Positions 9,988-11,000 of a stretch of 11,000 bases of DNA are shown here, one piece after another (position 1 is the stretch's first letter; each line of letters starts with the position of its first letter). The position numbers were made by a program, and so were the translations under genes. Under the pieces are notes generated by a model. It did not search any database and was not told the origin of the DNA. It saw only the letters and a program-made list of their open reading frames with translations. The DNA comes from Octopus vulgaris (Eukaryota): contig CATOCA020000057.1 in assembly GCA_951406725.2 (NCBI GenBank), positions 1-11,000 on the forward strand. The letters are read 5' to 3'.

Positions 9988-10131
9988 CATATATATGTAC
10001 GTATGTGTGTATGTATGTATACATGTGTGTATGTATGTATGTATGCATGTACGTACATACGCCTGTGTATGCATTATGTATGTATGTATGTATGTATATA
10101 TGTATGTGTGTGTATATGCATGCACATACAC
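9988..10131. repeat. Degenerate (TATG)n/(TG)n simple repeat
   Basis: Alternating purine-pyrimidine tract. Confidence 0.9.
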
Positions 10132-10323
10132 ACTATAAACATAAAGCTATAAACCTGTAGCGATGGATAGATGTAGAGTGACCACTCATCACAATAATAT
10201 CAAATTTCACCACCCCCCCCCGCCGAAGCCTGGAAGTGATTTACGACCCTTACTCCCAAAACTATACCCTAAAACCTATTATCAGATATTTATCTCTATA
10301 TCACAGAACTTTTGTTTTACTAT

Positions 10324-10692
10324 TGTGCGTATGTATGTATGTATGTGCGTGTGTATGTACATACGTACGCATGTGCGTATGTATGTATACGCGCACGTAT
10401 GCATGTGCCCATGTATGTACGTGCGTATGTACGTGTGTATGCCCATACGTAGGTATGTATGTATGTTTGTACTCATGTGCTACGTATGTATGTGAGTGTC
10501 TAGGAGAATGGGAGAATGGGCATGTCTGTGAGAGTGTGTACATGTGTATGTGTATGTGAACGTATATCCGTGTACTGGCATGTGTCCGTCCAAGTTGTGT
10601 ACATGACTGTTACTTTGTTGAAGGTTGTATACATATTCACATATATGTTTGTATAGACCCACACACATATATATATATGTGTGGGTGTGTGT
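10324..10692. repeat. Degenerate (TATG/TACG/TG)n low-complexity tract
   Basis: Alternating purine-pyrimidine sequence, strongest at 10324-10500; it is the source of the spurious ORFs in this region. Confidence 0.8.
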
Positions 10693-11000
10693 TTGTTCCT
10701 CTCATCACCGTCTAACTGTGAATGGATACAACGCCTAAGTGCAACTGTACGTATCAAACAACGTACGCTCATACGGTTATATATAACTGCACATACGCAT
10801 TGCAACCTGTATGTAAGGACTACAAGTAAACGAGAGAGAGAGAGAGGGGTGGTTATAGAATAGTCCTTCTGAATAGGATCTGGATGTTACTCCATTCGGA
10901 CTTTCGGTTGAGAGTAGGTTTGTATTCTTGTATACAAACAGCTTCTGTGACCTGTCTCAACATTGCATCGGTGGGATGTGTTGATAGGATGTTCAACTTA

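Overview
Eukaryotic, very AT-rich, microsatellite-dense intergenic or intronic DNA made almost entirely of retroelement remnants. The repeat style suggests a cephalopod (Octopus-like) genome, but that is inference from recalled repeat families and was not checked. No host gene is evident. From left to right: (1) the 3' part of a CR1/L2-group LINE with a disabled RT ORF and its 3' tail (1-1935); (2) two RTE-type LINE 3' fragments joined head-to-head, followed by related 3'-UTR-like repeat sequence (1978-3113); (3) a near full-length but decayed Penelope-like element (PLE) with RT and a C-terminal GIY-YIG endonuclease (about 3420-5901), a ~2.1 kb T-rich trailer, an inverted 5' pseudo-LTR and a tandem pair of 3' pseudo-LTRs, each carrying a type I hammerhead ribozyme (HHR) motif; (4) two further, unrelated HHR-bearing segments next to (TA)n tracts (9061-9570 and 9821-9975); (5) simple repeats. 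The most notable signal is the cluster of three different minimal hammerhead families with palindromic stem III. Two have very long stem II insertions. The third has a swapped G3-C8 core pair (GUGAACA instead of CUGANGA) that canonical motif searches would miss.
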